Below, one piece after another: positions 52,237 to 64,000 of a DNA stretch of 64,000 bases (positions are counted from its first letter, which is position 1; each line of letters opens with the position of its first letter). A program made the translations under genes and the position numbers. The notes under the pieces are model-generated. The model made no database searches, was not told the origin of the DNA, and was given only the letters and a program-made list of their open reading frames with translations. Location of the stretch: NCBI GenBank assembly GCA_963714275.1, contig CAVQNT010000002.1:256001-320000 (forward strand), read 5' to 3'. This stretch comes from Candidatus Bathyarchaeota archaeon (GTDB lineage: Archaea; Thermoproteota; Bathyarchaeia; Bathyarchaeales; DTEX01).

Positions 52237-52518
52237 ATGGCGATCAAGGCTTATGTGCTGATGAAAGTGAATTCAGGTTCTGAAAGAGAAGTCTGCAAAC
52301 AAATTTCTGAGCTCGACCAGGTTTTGGACGTGAGCATAATCTATGGCGAATTCGATATTATCGCCAAGGTTCTGGTAGATGAGTCTGAGTCGCTTGAAGC
52401 CTTCCTTTCCGAGAACGTGCGCAACATTCCGAGCATCATGCTGACATCAACGATGATTGTGGCACGTGAATACAAGGGAAAAAACAAACGTAACTCCCTC
52501 AAAGCAGAGAACCAATAA
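52237..52518 (+). CDS. Lrp/AsnC ligand-binding-domain protein
   Basis: AYVLMKV..G.E...YGEFDIIAKV...VRNIP...TSTMI. Confidence 0.9.
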   Translation: MAIKAYVLMKVNSGSEREVCKQISELDQVLDVSIIYGEFDIIAKVLVDESESLEAFLSENVRNIPSIMLTSTMIVAREYKGKNKRNSLKAENQ

Positions 52519-52863
52519 AAGTCCAAAAAAAGACTGACATATTTGAATCTTGAACATGAATTTGACATAATTCTCATTTTTCAGTCTGGTCTGATTTGTT
52601 CAACATCCGAAAATGCATTTGAACAACAAACAGCATCGTCTTAGACCCGTCTGATTTTTGTAACAACAGGTTTTCAATTTTATGTAACACTCAGAGTTGT
52701 CTTAGACCTGTCTTGTTTTGTGTGACATTGGAGTTTTTCGTTTGCGAGGTAATAGTCATTGTCCGTGAAGACCTTTTTGATTTACGGCGTACCTGTCCTG
52801 TTAGTGGCTAGCTTTTTTCGTAAAAGCACGCGCGCTTGCCCATTCTCGTTTCCATCTAGGAGT

Positions 52864-53499
52864 TTAGCTCTCGCTCCATATGAAGCTGCATTTCTGGCAT
52901 TGATATTGTTTATAATCGCTCCAATCCTTGGAGTCGAACAGTAAGACAACACCTTCATTAGAGTACTTGCATTTCTCGCATCCAAACTGCCAAAGGGCTT
53001 TGTCCAGTGTTCTTCTAGTGATGCCAAAGGGCTTGAAGTTATCAACAATGTCTCCGCACACTTTGTTATAGTACTCATAGTACTCGAAGGTGTCTTTCAG
53101 CTCACCATCAATTAAGTGGTTGATCTGCAGAGTCTTCCAAGCATATCTATCCATGACAGAGTATTTGTCTTGGAAGCAGAACCAAAGGATGGCTGACGCC
53201 ATTCTGACGTTTACTCCGTTCAAGATCCTCAACGCTTCAAGCCTGAGCCTCTCGTTATGAGTAGTTAGTGCTACCTGCGTAATGTCCTTCACGTCATTGT
53301 CGTTGTTAGCCTCTATGTACCCCATAATCATATGAGCTTTCCATTTCGCGATGTCCTTCAAAACAGCTAACGTTAGATGTGTTGGCGGGGAACCAATCTT
53401 CTTAAGCTCTGTGGAAATATCGCTCTCTAATTTTACTTCCTCTTGATGACGCCTATCATACACCTTAGCCCATTTATCAATCCAAGCTTTACTTAGCAC
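52864..53499 (-). CDS. HhH-GPD-like (DNA glycosylase-like) protein
   Basis: LNGVNVRMASAIL HhH, VMDRYAW, R.LDKALW. Confidence 0.65.
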   Translation of the reverse strand: MLSKAWIDKWAKVYDRRHQEEVKLESDISTELKKIGSPPTHLTLAVLKDIAKWKAHMIMGYIEANNDNDVKDITQVALTTHNERLRLEALRILNGVNVRMASAILWFCFQDKYSVMDRYAWKTLQINHLIDGELKDTFEYYEYYNKVCGDIVDNFKPFGITRRTLDKALWQFGCEKCKYSNEGVVLLFDSKDWSDYKQYQCQKCSFIWSES

Positions 53500-53875
53500 T
53501 GTACTTCACCCCAGTTAGGATGTCTAGCTCAGCCCCTTTAAAAAGTGTAATGAACTAGCAGACTGAATTCTTGGTTTATATTCTTAAAATATGTTTAGCT
53601 GAGCTAGCTAGCGCTAAATCGACCAATCGGTGTCTTAAGAGCAAGAAGTCATGAAGAAATTAGTCAGAAGCAGGCAGTTCAAATTGCCATCGTTTCCCTT
53701 GTAGTTATAGCCATTTTTGAGTTAGCTAATCTCATAGTCTTGATTCTGAAATGACTCTAGTCGTAGAATAAGGATGTATTTTAAATCAATATCTAGATTG
53801 TTCTGGATTATATGAGCTGAATCCTAGATTATAATAAATGGATGTATATTGATCATATTAAAGAAGGCAGGAACC

Positions 53876-55091
53876 ATGAAGCCTTTTAGCTTCGTTCACG
53901 TTGCGGACTTGCATTTGGGCTACGAGCAGTACAATTTGGCTACTCGCCGAGAGGACTTTGACCGAGTCTTCCACGAGGTTGTAGACAAGACCATTGAGCT
54001 GAAGCCCAGCTTCATGATAATTGCAGGAGACCTTTTTCATCAAGCTCGTCCTTCTAACGTGACGCTTGAGAATGCTGTTAAGAATTTTGCGAGGCTTAGG
54101 GACGCTAGCATTCCCGTGCTTGCTGTTGACGGGTCGCATGATGCTGCCCCGAACATGGTAACTGGAACGATTCTTAATCCCCTAGATAGCGCGAGCTTAA
54201 TCTACTATTTACCTAGACACGAAGGAGCATGCTGGGACAACGGAGACTGCTACGTGTATGGGATTCCGAACTATCGAACCCGTTTCCGCACAGAAGCTCA
54301 GCTGCCCGATTTCTATAAGTTGAATAGTCCACAACCGCGACAGGACGCCTTTAATGTCTTCGTTTTTCACATGGCTCTCGACATACCTGAAATCATGAAA
54401 GGCTTATCGTCGTACATGGCTGAGGCGTCGCCTGATTTTGTTCCCAGCGGGTTTGATTATTATGCGGGCGGTCACCTTCATGCGCCTTGGCAGTTTCCCT
54501 TCAAAAAATCATTGCTTGTCTATAGCGGGTCGACTGAAACGGTAAGCTCCGAAGACGCAACAACAGAAAAAGGATTCTACTATATTGAAGTTGAACAGAA
54601 GAATGAAATTGAAGTTTCAAGGATGAAGCTAGAGACGCCACGCTGTTTCAAAATTTTGGAAAACGACTACTCTGGGCAATTACCACAAAAAATTTCGGAA
54701 TTAGCAGTCTGAAATGGTGAAGGAAGCAGACGAACCCGGAGCCATCATTGTCCCAATACTGAAAGGAACATTGCCCATGGAATCCAGCAGAAGGCAGATT
54801 GACCTTTCGAAAATTAGGGGAGCAGCGGAAAAAGCTCTCTTAGTGCACGTTCTGGTTGCGATGAGGGAAATGGACATTCCTGAAGAAACCATACGTTCCA
54901 TCTTTGAGGGCGAAATGAAAGACCTGAAAACTAAGTCATTCGAGTATTTCCGCCAGTACTTTTCCCAAAGGTATAAGGAGTCTGACGTAGAAAGAAACGC
55001 TCACTTGGCTCTTGATTTAATTCAGCTTCTGGTTAAGGGAGACGAAGAAAAGGCATCTTCGCTTTTGGAGGAAGTCTCCAATGAAGATTGA
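53876..55091 (+). CDS. mre11: DNA double-strand break repair nuclease Mre11 (frameshift near 54705)
   Basis: ADLHLG, AGDLFH, GSHD, GGHLH, YSGS.E; coupled to rad50. Confidence 0.9.
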
Positions 55092-57168
55092 AAGCGTTGA
55101 ACTTGAGAACATCAGAAGCCACACAAAAACCCGCATAGACTTCAGCGACGGCTTCAACAGCCTTGTAGGCGGGTTGGGGACAGGAAAATCCAGCATACTT
55201 TACGCCATCGACTTCGCGCTGTTTGGTGAACCCATCGGAAGAAGTTACGATTACCTGCTTAGGGAAGACGCTGACTTTGGCAAGGTGACCGTGAAATTCC
55301 TGAAAAACGGGAAGGAATATGTCATTCAAAGAGCCTTAAGAAGGCAGAACGACCGTATCAGCCAGGACATGGAGCAACTGAAGTTTCTGGAAGAAGGCAA
55401 AGTCACAGCTGAAATGAAAGGCGAAGCGGTTGCTGAGCAGCTTTTTTCTGTTACGGGATTTGATAGAGAAATTTTCAGGGAAATAATTTGGATACGCCAA
55501 GAACACTTGAAAGACGTTCTTAACATGACACCTACTGAGAGGCAAAAAAGGCTCGATCAGCTTTTCGGTCTCTCAGACTACGAAGTAGCGTGGACAAACC
55601 TGAGACCCGTCATCGCGGGGCTCGAAAAAGAATCAGGCATTCTACAACAGGATGCTGATGTTGTGGGAATCGGGGAGTTGACATCCAGACGAAACGACGC
55701 AGCCAAAGAGCTCGAAACGAACGAAAACGAGCTCACGGAAACCAAAACTAGACTTTTAGAAGCCGAAAAAGGGGTTCAACAAACGTTGGAACGACTGAAA
55801 AGTCTTGAAACTGTCCGGCGGACTAACGAGCAACTCCGCAGAGAAGAATCCAACCTTCAAGCGAAACTGTCAGGTGTTCAGCAGTCGTCCAGCAGACTGA
55901 ACGAGGAAATTGAGAAACGAACAAAAAAAGTTGAGGAGTCACAGAAACGTCTCGCCAACCTAAATTCGCAATTGAATTTATATAGGGAGAAATTGCGAGA
56001 GGTGGGGTTACCGCCTGAACTTACGGTTGAGCAGCTTCTGGATTACAAACAAACGTTGAAAGGCGAAATTACGGGAAATTTGGGTCGCGAAGAAAGCCTT
56101 AAAGGCGAAATTAGCAAGTCAACCCAGCGGATAACAAATCTCGTCAAAGAAAACACGTGCCCTCTGTGCCTTCAGGTTCTCAGCCCAGAATACAAGGAAA
56201 GCCTGATGCAGAGGTTGTACAATGAGATTTCTGACAACAAACAACAACTAGTAAATCTCGAAAACATAACTGAGAAACACGAAAACGTCCAAAACATCGT
56301 TGAAACAATAGTCTACAATTTTCAGACAACCCAGACTCGAACGGAAGAGATTTCTGGACAGATAGAAGACGAGAAAAAAACTTTGGTCGATGCTCAAAAC
56401 CGTCTTGAGCAAAGCCGAAACGACGAAAAAATGCTCGATGTTGAGCTAAAATTGCTTCGTTCAAAAATCAAAGAATTTGACATCTCCGAGTTGGAGAAGG
56501 CGCAGGAAGAAAACAAGGCTGCCTACGAATCGTTTTCAGACCTTAAACACAAAACGCAAATCAACGAAACCAACAAGCTTGAAATCCTCAAAAGGCTTCA
56601 GACCCTCGAAGAACGGTTAGAGATTGCTCAACAAAAAACGTCGAGGCTTGAGAAAGTCAAAAAAGTTGCATCACTCGCTCAGGAAATTCGGCAATCATAC
56701 CGAAGCATCCAGCCTAGATTAAGAGGCGAATTCATCAGATACCTTGAAAGAGTCGTACAGCAGTTTTTGGACGAATTGTCCGGAGCTGAAGGAACGGTGG
56801 TTTCTGTTAAGATTGATGAGGACTATACTCCGGTGATTGAGGGCGAAAAAGGCGTTGAAAGAAGCTCTTTGAACCTTTCAGGTGGCGAAAGGACGCTGTT
56901 GGCCTTTGCTTACCGTCTAGGTTTAGGTCAACTCATAATGCAGTGGAGGGTAGGTCACGGGCTTCCGATGCTTTTTTTGGACGAGCCGACTGAAAGCTTG
57001 GGAAGTGAAGACGGTTCAATAGACCGTTTGGCTGAGTCGCTTTCACAGCTGAAAACCGTTGAGCAAATCATCGCGGTGACCCACAGCGAGGCATTCGCGG
57101 AAAAAGCCGACCATGTCATAAGATTGGAGAAGCACGAAAACCGAAGCGTCATGTCCATAGAGCGATAA
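55081..57168 (+). CDS. rad50: DNA double-strand break repair ATPase Rad50
   Basis: GTGKSS, coiled coil, CPLC hook, LSGGE, LDEPT, VTH. Confidence 0.92.
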   Translation: MKIESVELENIRSHTKTRIDFSDGFNSLVGGLGTGKSSILYAIDFALFGEPIGRSYDYLLREDADFGKVTVKFLKNGKEYVIQRALRRQNDRISQDMEQLKFLEEGKVTAEMKGEAVAEQLFSVTGFDREIFREIIWIRQEHLKDVLNMTPTERQKRLDQLFGLSDYEVAWTNLRPVIAGLEKESGILQQDADVVGIGELTSRRNDAAKELETNENELTETKTRLLEAEKGVQQTLERLKSLETVRRTNEQLRREESNLQAKLSGVQQSSSRLNEEIEKRTKKVEESQKRLANLNSQLNLYREKLREVGLPPELTVEQLLDYKQTLKGEITGNLGREESLKGEISKSTQRITNLVKENTCPLCLQVLSPEYKESLMQRLYNEISDNKQQLVNLENITEKHENVQNIVETIVYNFQTTQTRTEEISGQIEDEKKTLVDAQNRLEQSRNDEKMLDVELKLLRSKIKEFDISELEKAQEENKAAYESFSDLKHKTQINETNKLEILKRLQTLEERLEIAQQKTSRLEKVKKVASLAQEIRQSYRSIQPRLRGEFIRYLERVVQQFLDELSGAEGTVVSVKIDEDYTPVIEGEKGVERSSLNLSGGERTLLAFAYRLGLGQLIMQWRVGHGLPMLFLDEPTESLGSEDGSIDRLAESLSQLKTVEQIIAVTHSEAFAEKADHVIRLEKHENRSVMSIER

Positions 57169-57304
57169 GCTGCGAAATTTACGAACTATGTATAAAGTAT
57201 CTGTTGCGGTCATTTAGTCAACATGGGCAGGTACTGTGAAAAAATTCCTATATGCTATAAAAAGGGAACTTGGGTTCTAACTGCTTTTTTCTGTTACTCA
57301 GAAT

Positions 57305-60300
57305 TTACCAGTAGTTAAAGGGTAAGTTTTCCATGTATTCGTTGAGGGACTTTGTTACGGACTCTCCCGTGGCACGGTATTTGAGGACTTTTACGAGCGC
57401 TGACGCCAGCTCCAACGTGGTCACGATGGGTATGTTGAACTCAACCGCCAGCCTTCGGATTGTGTACTCGTCCTCCAGAATTTCGGATTTCACGCCAACG
57501 GAATTCGCGGATGGAATGTTGATGACAAGGTTCACTTTCCTTCCAAGCAAGTAATCAAGGATGTTAGGCTTTTTTTTCGCCTCCCTAACCTTATGCAGAA
57601 CCGTGACAGCATCTAGCCCAGCTCTCCTGAAAACGTCAGCCGTATGCTCAGTCGCATAGATGCTGAAGCCCAAATCCCTAAGTTTTCGAGCAAGAGGTAC
57701 AATTCTCTTTTTCATTTGTTCTCCGCCGACCGTGATGAGAACCGAGCTACCTTCTTTCGGCATCTCAAACTCAACCGACTGCAACGCCTTCAGCAAAGCG
57801 TCAGCAAAATTTTCACCGATACACGCAGCTTCACCCGTGCTTAGCATCTCAACACCCAAAATCGGGTCTGCGCCTGTCAGACGCATGAAACTGAACTGGG
57901 GAACTTTTATGCTCACGTGTGGGATTGGTTTTAGCTTAACGATTCCTACGTCGCGAAGTGTTTTGCCTAACATTATGGCGGTTGAAACCTCGATTAGGTT
58001 AACTCCCCTAGTTTTACTTACGTAAGGCAACGACCGCGAAGCACGAAGGTTGCATTCGATAACGGAGACTCCGCTATCTTTAACGAGGTATTGAATGTTG
58101 AAGGGACCCTTAATTTTTAAGGCTTTAGCGATTTCTCGCGAGTAGTCTTCAATCTTTTTCACTATGTTGTCACTCAAGTCTGTGTGGTGGAATACTCATG
58201 ACCGCGTCGCCGCTGTGTACGCCAGCTTGCTCAACATGCTCGATAACTGCGCCTATCAAAGTGTCCTCGCTGTCTGAAACACCATCTACTTCTACTTCTT
58301 TGGCTCCAGAAACAAACTTTGAAATCACAACAGGATGTTCGTGGGAAACCGTCGTCGCGAGCTCAAGGTAATCCCTTCAGCTCACTAACGTTCTGTGCAA
58401 TCCTCATCGCATAACCGGAGAGGACATAGCTCGGGCGGACCAAAATTGGATACCCTATTTCTTGTGCGAACATTTCAGCCTCTTTCAATGTTGTAAGCTT
58501 GCTCCACTTTGGCTGCGGAATTCCAAGACGGTCCAGTAGTGCGCTGAACTTCGACCTGTCTTCCGCTTGGTCTATGCTTTCGCTTGTTGTTCCAAGCAAT
58601 TTCACTCCAGATTTATCTAGCTTCAGAGCCAGATTATTCGGGATTTGCCCGCCGACGCTTCCTACTACGCCGAAGGGATTTTCTTTGTCGTAGATGTCGA
58701 GGATTCGTTCAAGCGTCAATTCCTCGAAATAAAGCTTGTCAGAAATGTCGTAATCCGTCGATACCGTTTCAGGGTTGTAGTTGACCATTATGGCCTCATC
58801 TATGCCCTGCTTTTTCAGAGCCCAAATCGTGTTGACTCCGCCCCAGTCGAACTCCACGCTTGAGCCGATTCTGAAGACTCCCGCGCCGAGAACCAACACC
58901 TTCTTCTTGTCAGAACCGAATTTTATGTCGTCCTCGTCGCCATGGTATGTTAGATAAAGGTAGTTTGTCTTAGCTGGCCACTCCGCTGCCAACGTATCAA
59001 TCTGTTTAATAACCGGGACAATGCCCTTACTCTTCCTAAAGTTTCTGACTTCCATCTCATCAATACCCAAACACTTGGCGATCTGGCTGTCCGAGAACCC
59101 TAAACACTTGGCTTCACGAATCAGTCTCAGCACCTCGTTCGCTGTCTATGTCTAAGGTTTTGAGCTTTCCTTCCATGTTGACGATGTTTTTAATTTTGTA
59201 AAGGAACCACGGGTCAATGCCTGTTAGCCTATAGATTCTTTTTATCGTGACTCCCATCTTTAGGGCGCGAATAATCTTGAAAAGCCTCTCGTCAGTCGGG
59301 TGCTCTAACCCATCAAGCACCGATTTGAGACTTTCAGATTCGCTGTTTCCGTTGCCCACAAGCCCGATTTTTCCGATGTCAAGCATCCTTACAGCCTTTT
59401 GCAGAGCCTCCTCGAAGTTTCTGCCGATCGCCATGACCTCGCCGACCGACTTCATCTGCGGACCAAGATGCGGGTCAACATTCCTGAACTTACGGAGGTC
59501 CCAGCGAGGAATCTTGACAACCAGATAGTCAAGCGCAGGCTCGAAACATGCGGTCGTTACGCCCGTGACCTTGTTTGTCAGTTCAGGCAGAAGGTAACCG
59601 ATAGACAGTTTAGCAGCGATGTACGCAAGTGGGTAGCCTGTTGCCTTGCTTGCGAGCGCTGACTCCTCGACATTCTGGCGTTAACTTCGATTGCACGGTA
59701 GTCTTCCGATTTTGGATACAGCGCCCACTGTATGTTGCATTCGCCGACTATGCCGAGGTTTTGGATTGCCTTGATGGAGGCTGAGCGGATAAGGTGGTAT
59801 TCACGGTTCGTCAGCGTCTGCGAAGGCGCGATGACGATAGAGTCGCCCGTGTGAATGCCCATCGGGTCAAAGTTTTCCATGTTGCAGACAGTCAGGCAGT
59901 TGTTCTGGTAGTCCCGCATGACTTCATACTCGATTTCTTTCCATTTCCCAATGTATTCTTCGACCAGAACCTGCGTGATCATGCTTTGTGCAAGCGCCCT
60001 GGTTACAATATCTATAAACTCCCGCTTGTTGTGGGCTACACCGGAACCTTTCCCTCCAAGTGTGTATGCGACTCGCAAAATAACGGGGTAACCAAGGTCC
60101 TCAGCAATCTGTAAGGCTTGCTCCACCGAGGTCGCTGAATTGCTTTTAGGTATAGGAATGTCGGCGCTGATCATGGCTCTTCTGAAAAGTTCTCTGTCCT
60201 CAGTGTCCTCGATGGCTTTAATCGGCGTTCCCAGAACCTTAACATCGTATTTCTCGAGTATGCCCGATTGCGCGAGCTTCACGCCACAGTTCAGAGCAGT

Positions 60301-60588
60301 TTGACCGCCAAAACCAAGCAGGATTCCGTCTGGTTTTTCTTTAGCAATGACCTTTTCGACGTATTCTGGGATTACGGGCAGTAGGTAAACTCTGCCAGCC
60401 AGCCTTGGGTCAGTCTGGATAGTTGCGATGTTCGGATTTATGAGGACAGTTTCTATGCCTTCCTCTCTTAGAGCCTTGAGGCACTGGCTTCCTGAATAGT
60501 CGAATTCTGCTGCTTCGCCGATTTTTATCGGTCCACTCCCGAGAACTATGATTTTTTTGACCCAGTCGAACTTCGGCACGCCAGTCAC
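57305..60588 (-). CDS. carB: carbamoyl-phosphate synthase large subunit (several frameshifts)
   Basis: [40 protein letters not shown] domain. Confidence 0.95.
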
Positions 60589-61730
60589 CCCATGTTCTCC
60601 ATGAACTTGTCGAAAAGAAACTCCGTGTCGTAGGGTCCCGGAGAAGCCTCTGGATGCCACTGCACGGCGAAGGTTTTTCCGTCTTTATGTTTTATGCCTT
60701 CAACCGTCTGGTCGTTAGCGTTGATGAACCAAACTTCAAGGTCGGTGCCCTTCAGGGAATCAGCGTTCGTCGCGAACCCGTGATTCTGGGTCGTAATGTA
60801 ACATCTGCGGGTCTCAAGATCGTAGGCAGGCTGGTTCTGCGACCTGTGACCGTACTTCAGCTTGTACGTATCGCTGCCCAGAGCCAGCGAAAGAATCTGG
60901 TTCCCGAGGCATATCCCCATCATTGGAACGCCCTCTTCAACGAGACATTTCGCAGTCTCAATAGACGTCTTTGGCAAGAATTTCGGGTCACCCGGACCAT
61001 TGCATAATACTATACCGTCAGGCTCAAATCCCATGACTTCATCAGCGGAAAAAATGTGGGGTACACGGATGACATCGACCTTACGTTTCAAGAGGTCTCT
61101 CAAGATTCCAGCTTTTACGCCATAGTCTATTAGTACGACTTTTTTCTTTCCATCGTTCTCATAATAGATGGGCTTTTTGATCGAAACTTCGCCAGTCAGG
61201 TCTCTCAGGTTCGGGTCGGGAATATGTTTAGCTTCATCAAGTATCTCATTAACATCTGGTTTTTTGCTCTTCGGGAACACCGTAAGAATGCCAAGCATAA
61301 CTCCCTTTTCTCTAAGTTTCTTCGTAAGGCTCCTAGTGTCAATACCGTATATGCCCGGAATTTTCTCACTCTTAAGCCACTGGTCAAGAGTTCGTTCAGA
61401 CGCCCAATGATACGGTTTCAGGCAAAGTTCCTGAATGACCAGCCCAGATACCTTTATTCCTATGGATTCAAAATGTATGGGAAGCCCGAACTTGTCGCCT
61501 CCGTAAGCTGGGACTCCGTAATTTCCAACTAAAGGATATGTTAAAGTTAAAATCTGTCCACGGTACGACGCATCGGTCAGAGATTCGGGGTATCCCACCA
61601 TGGAGGTTGAGAAAACAACTTCTCCAGAAACTTTGCGTGGTGCCCCAAACCCTTTACCGATGAAAAGCGTTCCATCTTCAAGAACGAGCGCAGCGTCTCC
61701 GACTTTTTGAGGGCGTGTTTCGGTTTCCAA
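60585..61730 (-). CDS. carA: carbamoyl-phosphate synthase small subunit
   Basis: GEVVFST.MVGY, NGPGDP, GICLG.Q, QNHG, QWHPEASPGP. Confidence 0.97.
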   Translation of the reverse strand: METETRPQKVGDAALVLEDGTLFIGKGFGAPRKVSGEVVFSTSMVGYPESLTDASYRGQILTLTYPLVGNYGVPAYGGDKFGLPIHFESIGIKVSGLVIQELCLKPYHWASERTLDQWLKSEKIPGIYGIDTRSLTKKLREKGVMLGILTVFPKSKKPDVNEILDEAKHIPDPNLRDLTGEVSIKKPIYYENDGKKKVVLIDYGVKAGILRDLLKRKVDVIRVPHIFSADEVMGFEPDGIVLCNGPGDPKFLPKTSIETAKCLVEEGVPMMGICLGNQILSLALGSDTYKLKYGHRSQNQPAYDLETRRCYITTQNHGFATNADSLKGTDLEVWFINANDQTVEGIKHKDGKTFAVQWHPEASPGPYDTEFLFDKFMENMG

Positions 61731-61778
61731 TCGACCCTTCCCCAGCCAAATTAGGAACCGAAATTTAAGCGTTGTGGT

Positions 61779-63267
61779 TTAGATTGCTTGATTATTATTT
61801 AAGATTGCCTGGATGCTGGAATTTAATATTTCGTTGGCTTTGACAATTCTCGCCTTTTTTTCTGAAATCCAAATCCTCGATTCAGTCATCTTTTTAATTC
61901 GCAAAGTCATCATTCTTTTCACTTCTTTTGGAGAAGGTCCACCTCTTGTGCTATAGGATTCGATGACAAGTGACGGTTCGGTGCTTTCGCGTATTTCCTG
62001 TTCTTTCACTTTAAGCGAATAGCCAAGATTCTTTTTTGAGGTTTCCATAATTAGTTTAGGCGTTATATCTCGAAGAGACTTGCCTTCTCTGAGTAAAGTT
62101 TTGACAATCGAGCCGACAATCGTATGAGAACCCCTAAACGGGATATTGTAGTTCCGAACAAGCATGTTAGCGAGTTCAGTTGCCATCAAAAACGTTAAAG
62201 CAGGTTTCTCAAGCACGTTCTTTGTCACTTTAAGGTTCGGAATTAAATTAGCAAGCATCGTTAAGCAATTCTTTACGGTTTCCAAAGAGTCCCAAAGCTT
62301 CGGTGTTACCTCTTGGAAATCCATGTTATACGTTGATGGAAGCGCCATAAGAGTCGTTGTTGAGCCTGTGAGATTCCCTAATATTAAGTCTCATTCGAGA
62401 TCGCACCACTTCTAGAACATCGGGATTCTTCTTTTGTGGCATTATGCTGCTTGTGAAGGTGAACTCGTCGGGTAGTTCAATCATCCCAAACTCCATTGTG
62501 CTCCAAATTTCCAGATCCTCGACAAAACGTGTAACGTCAACCGCAAGGATTGTTAGGTTAGCCAGAGTTTCAAGTAGGAAATCTCGTGAAGTTACGGCGT
62601 CAACCGAATTTTCAAGAACCTCTCTAAACCCGAGCAGGTTAGCCACTCTTTCTCTGCTTATCTGGAAGCTGGTCGTTGCCAATGCGCACGCTCCCATAGG
62701 GCAAAGGTCAACACGCTTGTAACCTTCTTCAATACGTTCTATGGATCTCTGAAGGGCGTCAAATTGTGCGACAAGATAGTGGGCGAAGGTTACGGGTTGA
62801 GCTGGTTGAAGATGGGTGTATCCCGGAATAATAGTTTCAATGTGTTTTTTTGCTTGCTGAAGCAAAGCTTCCTGCAACTCAATTACTGTTTCCACGGAAT
62901 CAACGATTTTGTCTCGAGACTCCATCCTAATGGCGGCGGAGACTTGGTCGTTTCGGCTCTTAGCCAAATTCAGGTTTCCGCCAATGTCCTGTCCCGTGGC
63001 TTTGATGACCTCTTCTTCGACCGCTATGTGACCATCTTCCATGTCTGGAGAAAGTTTAATCTTACCTTCAAGGTTAGTCAGTGCCCCTAAGATTTTGCTG
63101 CCTTCGTTCTTGTCGATGATTTTGTTTTCGACAAGCATCACAACGTGGGCTTTGTTGATGTCGGTTATGTGTTTCAAGATTTTTTTGTCAATGAGGGCGG
63201 AGGAAGTGAACTTCACAACGTCCTTTCTAGCAGAAGACAGCCGTCCTTTCCTCAACAATTCAGACAT
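61779..63267 (-). CDS. argH: argininosuccinate lyase (frameshift near 62380)
   Basis: [28 protein letters not shown]. Confidence 0.95.
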
Positions 63268-64000
63268 TCTTTTTCGCCGTTGACTTTCTCTTTAGGGCAT
63301 TAGCCACCCTTGTCTGCAGTCCCCACAGTTCGATGAATCCTGCTGAAGAAGACTGGTTGAAGGTTGACTTAATGTTATACGTTGCCAAATCCGTGTCGTA
63401 CAGTGACATTGGCGAAGATCGACCTACGATCCGAAGCCCACCCTTGTAAAGTTTCAGTCTTACCTTTCCGTTGACATGTTTCTGTGTCGACTCAATGAAG
63501 GCGTCAAGGTCCTCTTTAAGCGGGTCATTCCACAATCCCGTATAGACAAGGTTAGACCACAACACATCCACCTGTTGCTTGAACGAAAATTCGTGTCTTG
63601 TCAGTACAAGCTTTTCGAGGTCTTTATGCGCCTCAATGATGACGGTGGCTGCGGGGCATTCGTAAACTTCGCGCGACTTGATTCCTACTAATCGGTCCTC
63701 TATGTGGTCGATACGTCCGACGCCGTTGCGTCCAGCAGCCTCGTTGACGTAATCAATTAACGCCAAAGGTTTCATTGTTTTATTATTGACTGCTTTCGGG
63801 ACGCCGTTCTCGAACTCTAATGTCAAGTATTCAGGCTTGTCAGGCGCCTTTTCGGGAGAGGTGGTCCATTCGAATATGTCTTCAGGCGGTTCTATGTCGG
63901 GGTTTTCGAGGATTCCGCACTCTACGGAACGTCCCCAAAGGTTCTGGTCGACACTGTAGGGTTTTTCAACACTAACCGGGACTGGGATTCCGTGTTGTTT
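63260..64000 (-). CDS. argG: argininosuccinate synthase (5' part outside window)
   Basis: [33 protein letters not shown]. Confidence 0.95.
   Translation of the reverse strand, partial: KQHGIPVPVSVEKPYSVDQNLWGRSVECGILENPDIEPPEDIFEWTTSPEKAPDKPEYLTLEFENGVPKAVNNKTMKPLALIDYVNEAAGRNGVGRIDHIEDRLVGIKSREVYECPAATVIIEAHKDLEKLVLTRHEFSFKQQVDVLWSNLVYTGLWNDPLKEDLDAFIESTQKHVNGKVRLKLYKGGLRIVGRSSPMSLYDTDLATYNIKSTFNQSSSAGFIELWGLQTRVANALKRKSTAKKNV

Noticed and set aside
53673-53688. T-arm-like hairpin ggcagttcaaattgcc
   Set aside because: No acceptor strand or CCA follows

Overview
Archaeal DNA, most likely a TACK archaeon of the Bathyarchaeia type. This is inferred from archaeal Map, Mre11/Rad50, Lrp and wHTH families and the integrase style, and was not verified by search. 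Layout: (i) 1-10.2 kb is an AT-rich accessory/defence island ending at a 21-bp tRNA 3'-end fragment (att-like). (ii) 10.4-17.8 kb holds host sugar-catabolism, surface-protein and ABC-exporter genes. (iii) 18.0-31.4 kb is a compact co-oriented virus-like operon. It runs adaptor, tail terminator, tube, chaperones with a -1 slippery site, gp10-like, short tape measure, Dit/hub, His-rich fibre, terminase and ABC-ATPase-GNAT, with no recognisable portal, protease, capsid or sheath gene anywhere in the window. (iv) 31.5-47.8 kb is a defence mosaic around map: two DNA methyltransferases, two distant paralogues of unknown function, HEPN-STAND-TPR and a proteasome-like Ntn protease. (v) 47.8-52.2 kb is a small ParB plus integrase element with 29-bp hairpin repeats. 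(vi) 52.2-64 kb holds housekeeping genes (lrp-like, mre11, rad50, carB, carA, argH, argG). Single-base frameshifts occur even in housekeeping genes, so most split ORFs are probably sequencing errors, not pseudogenes.
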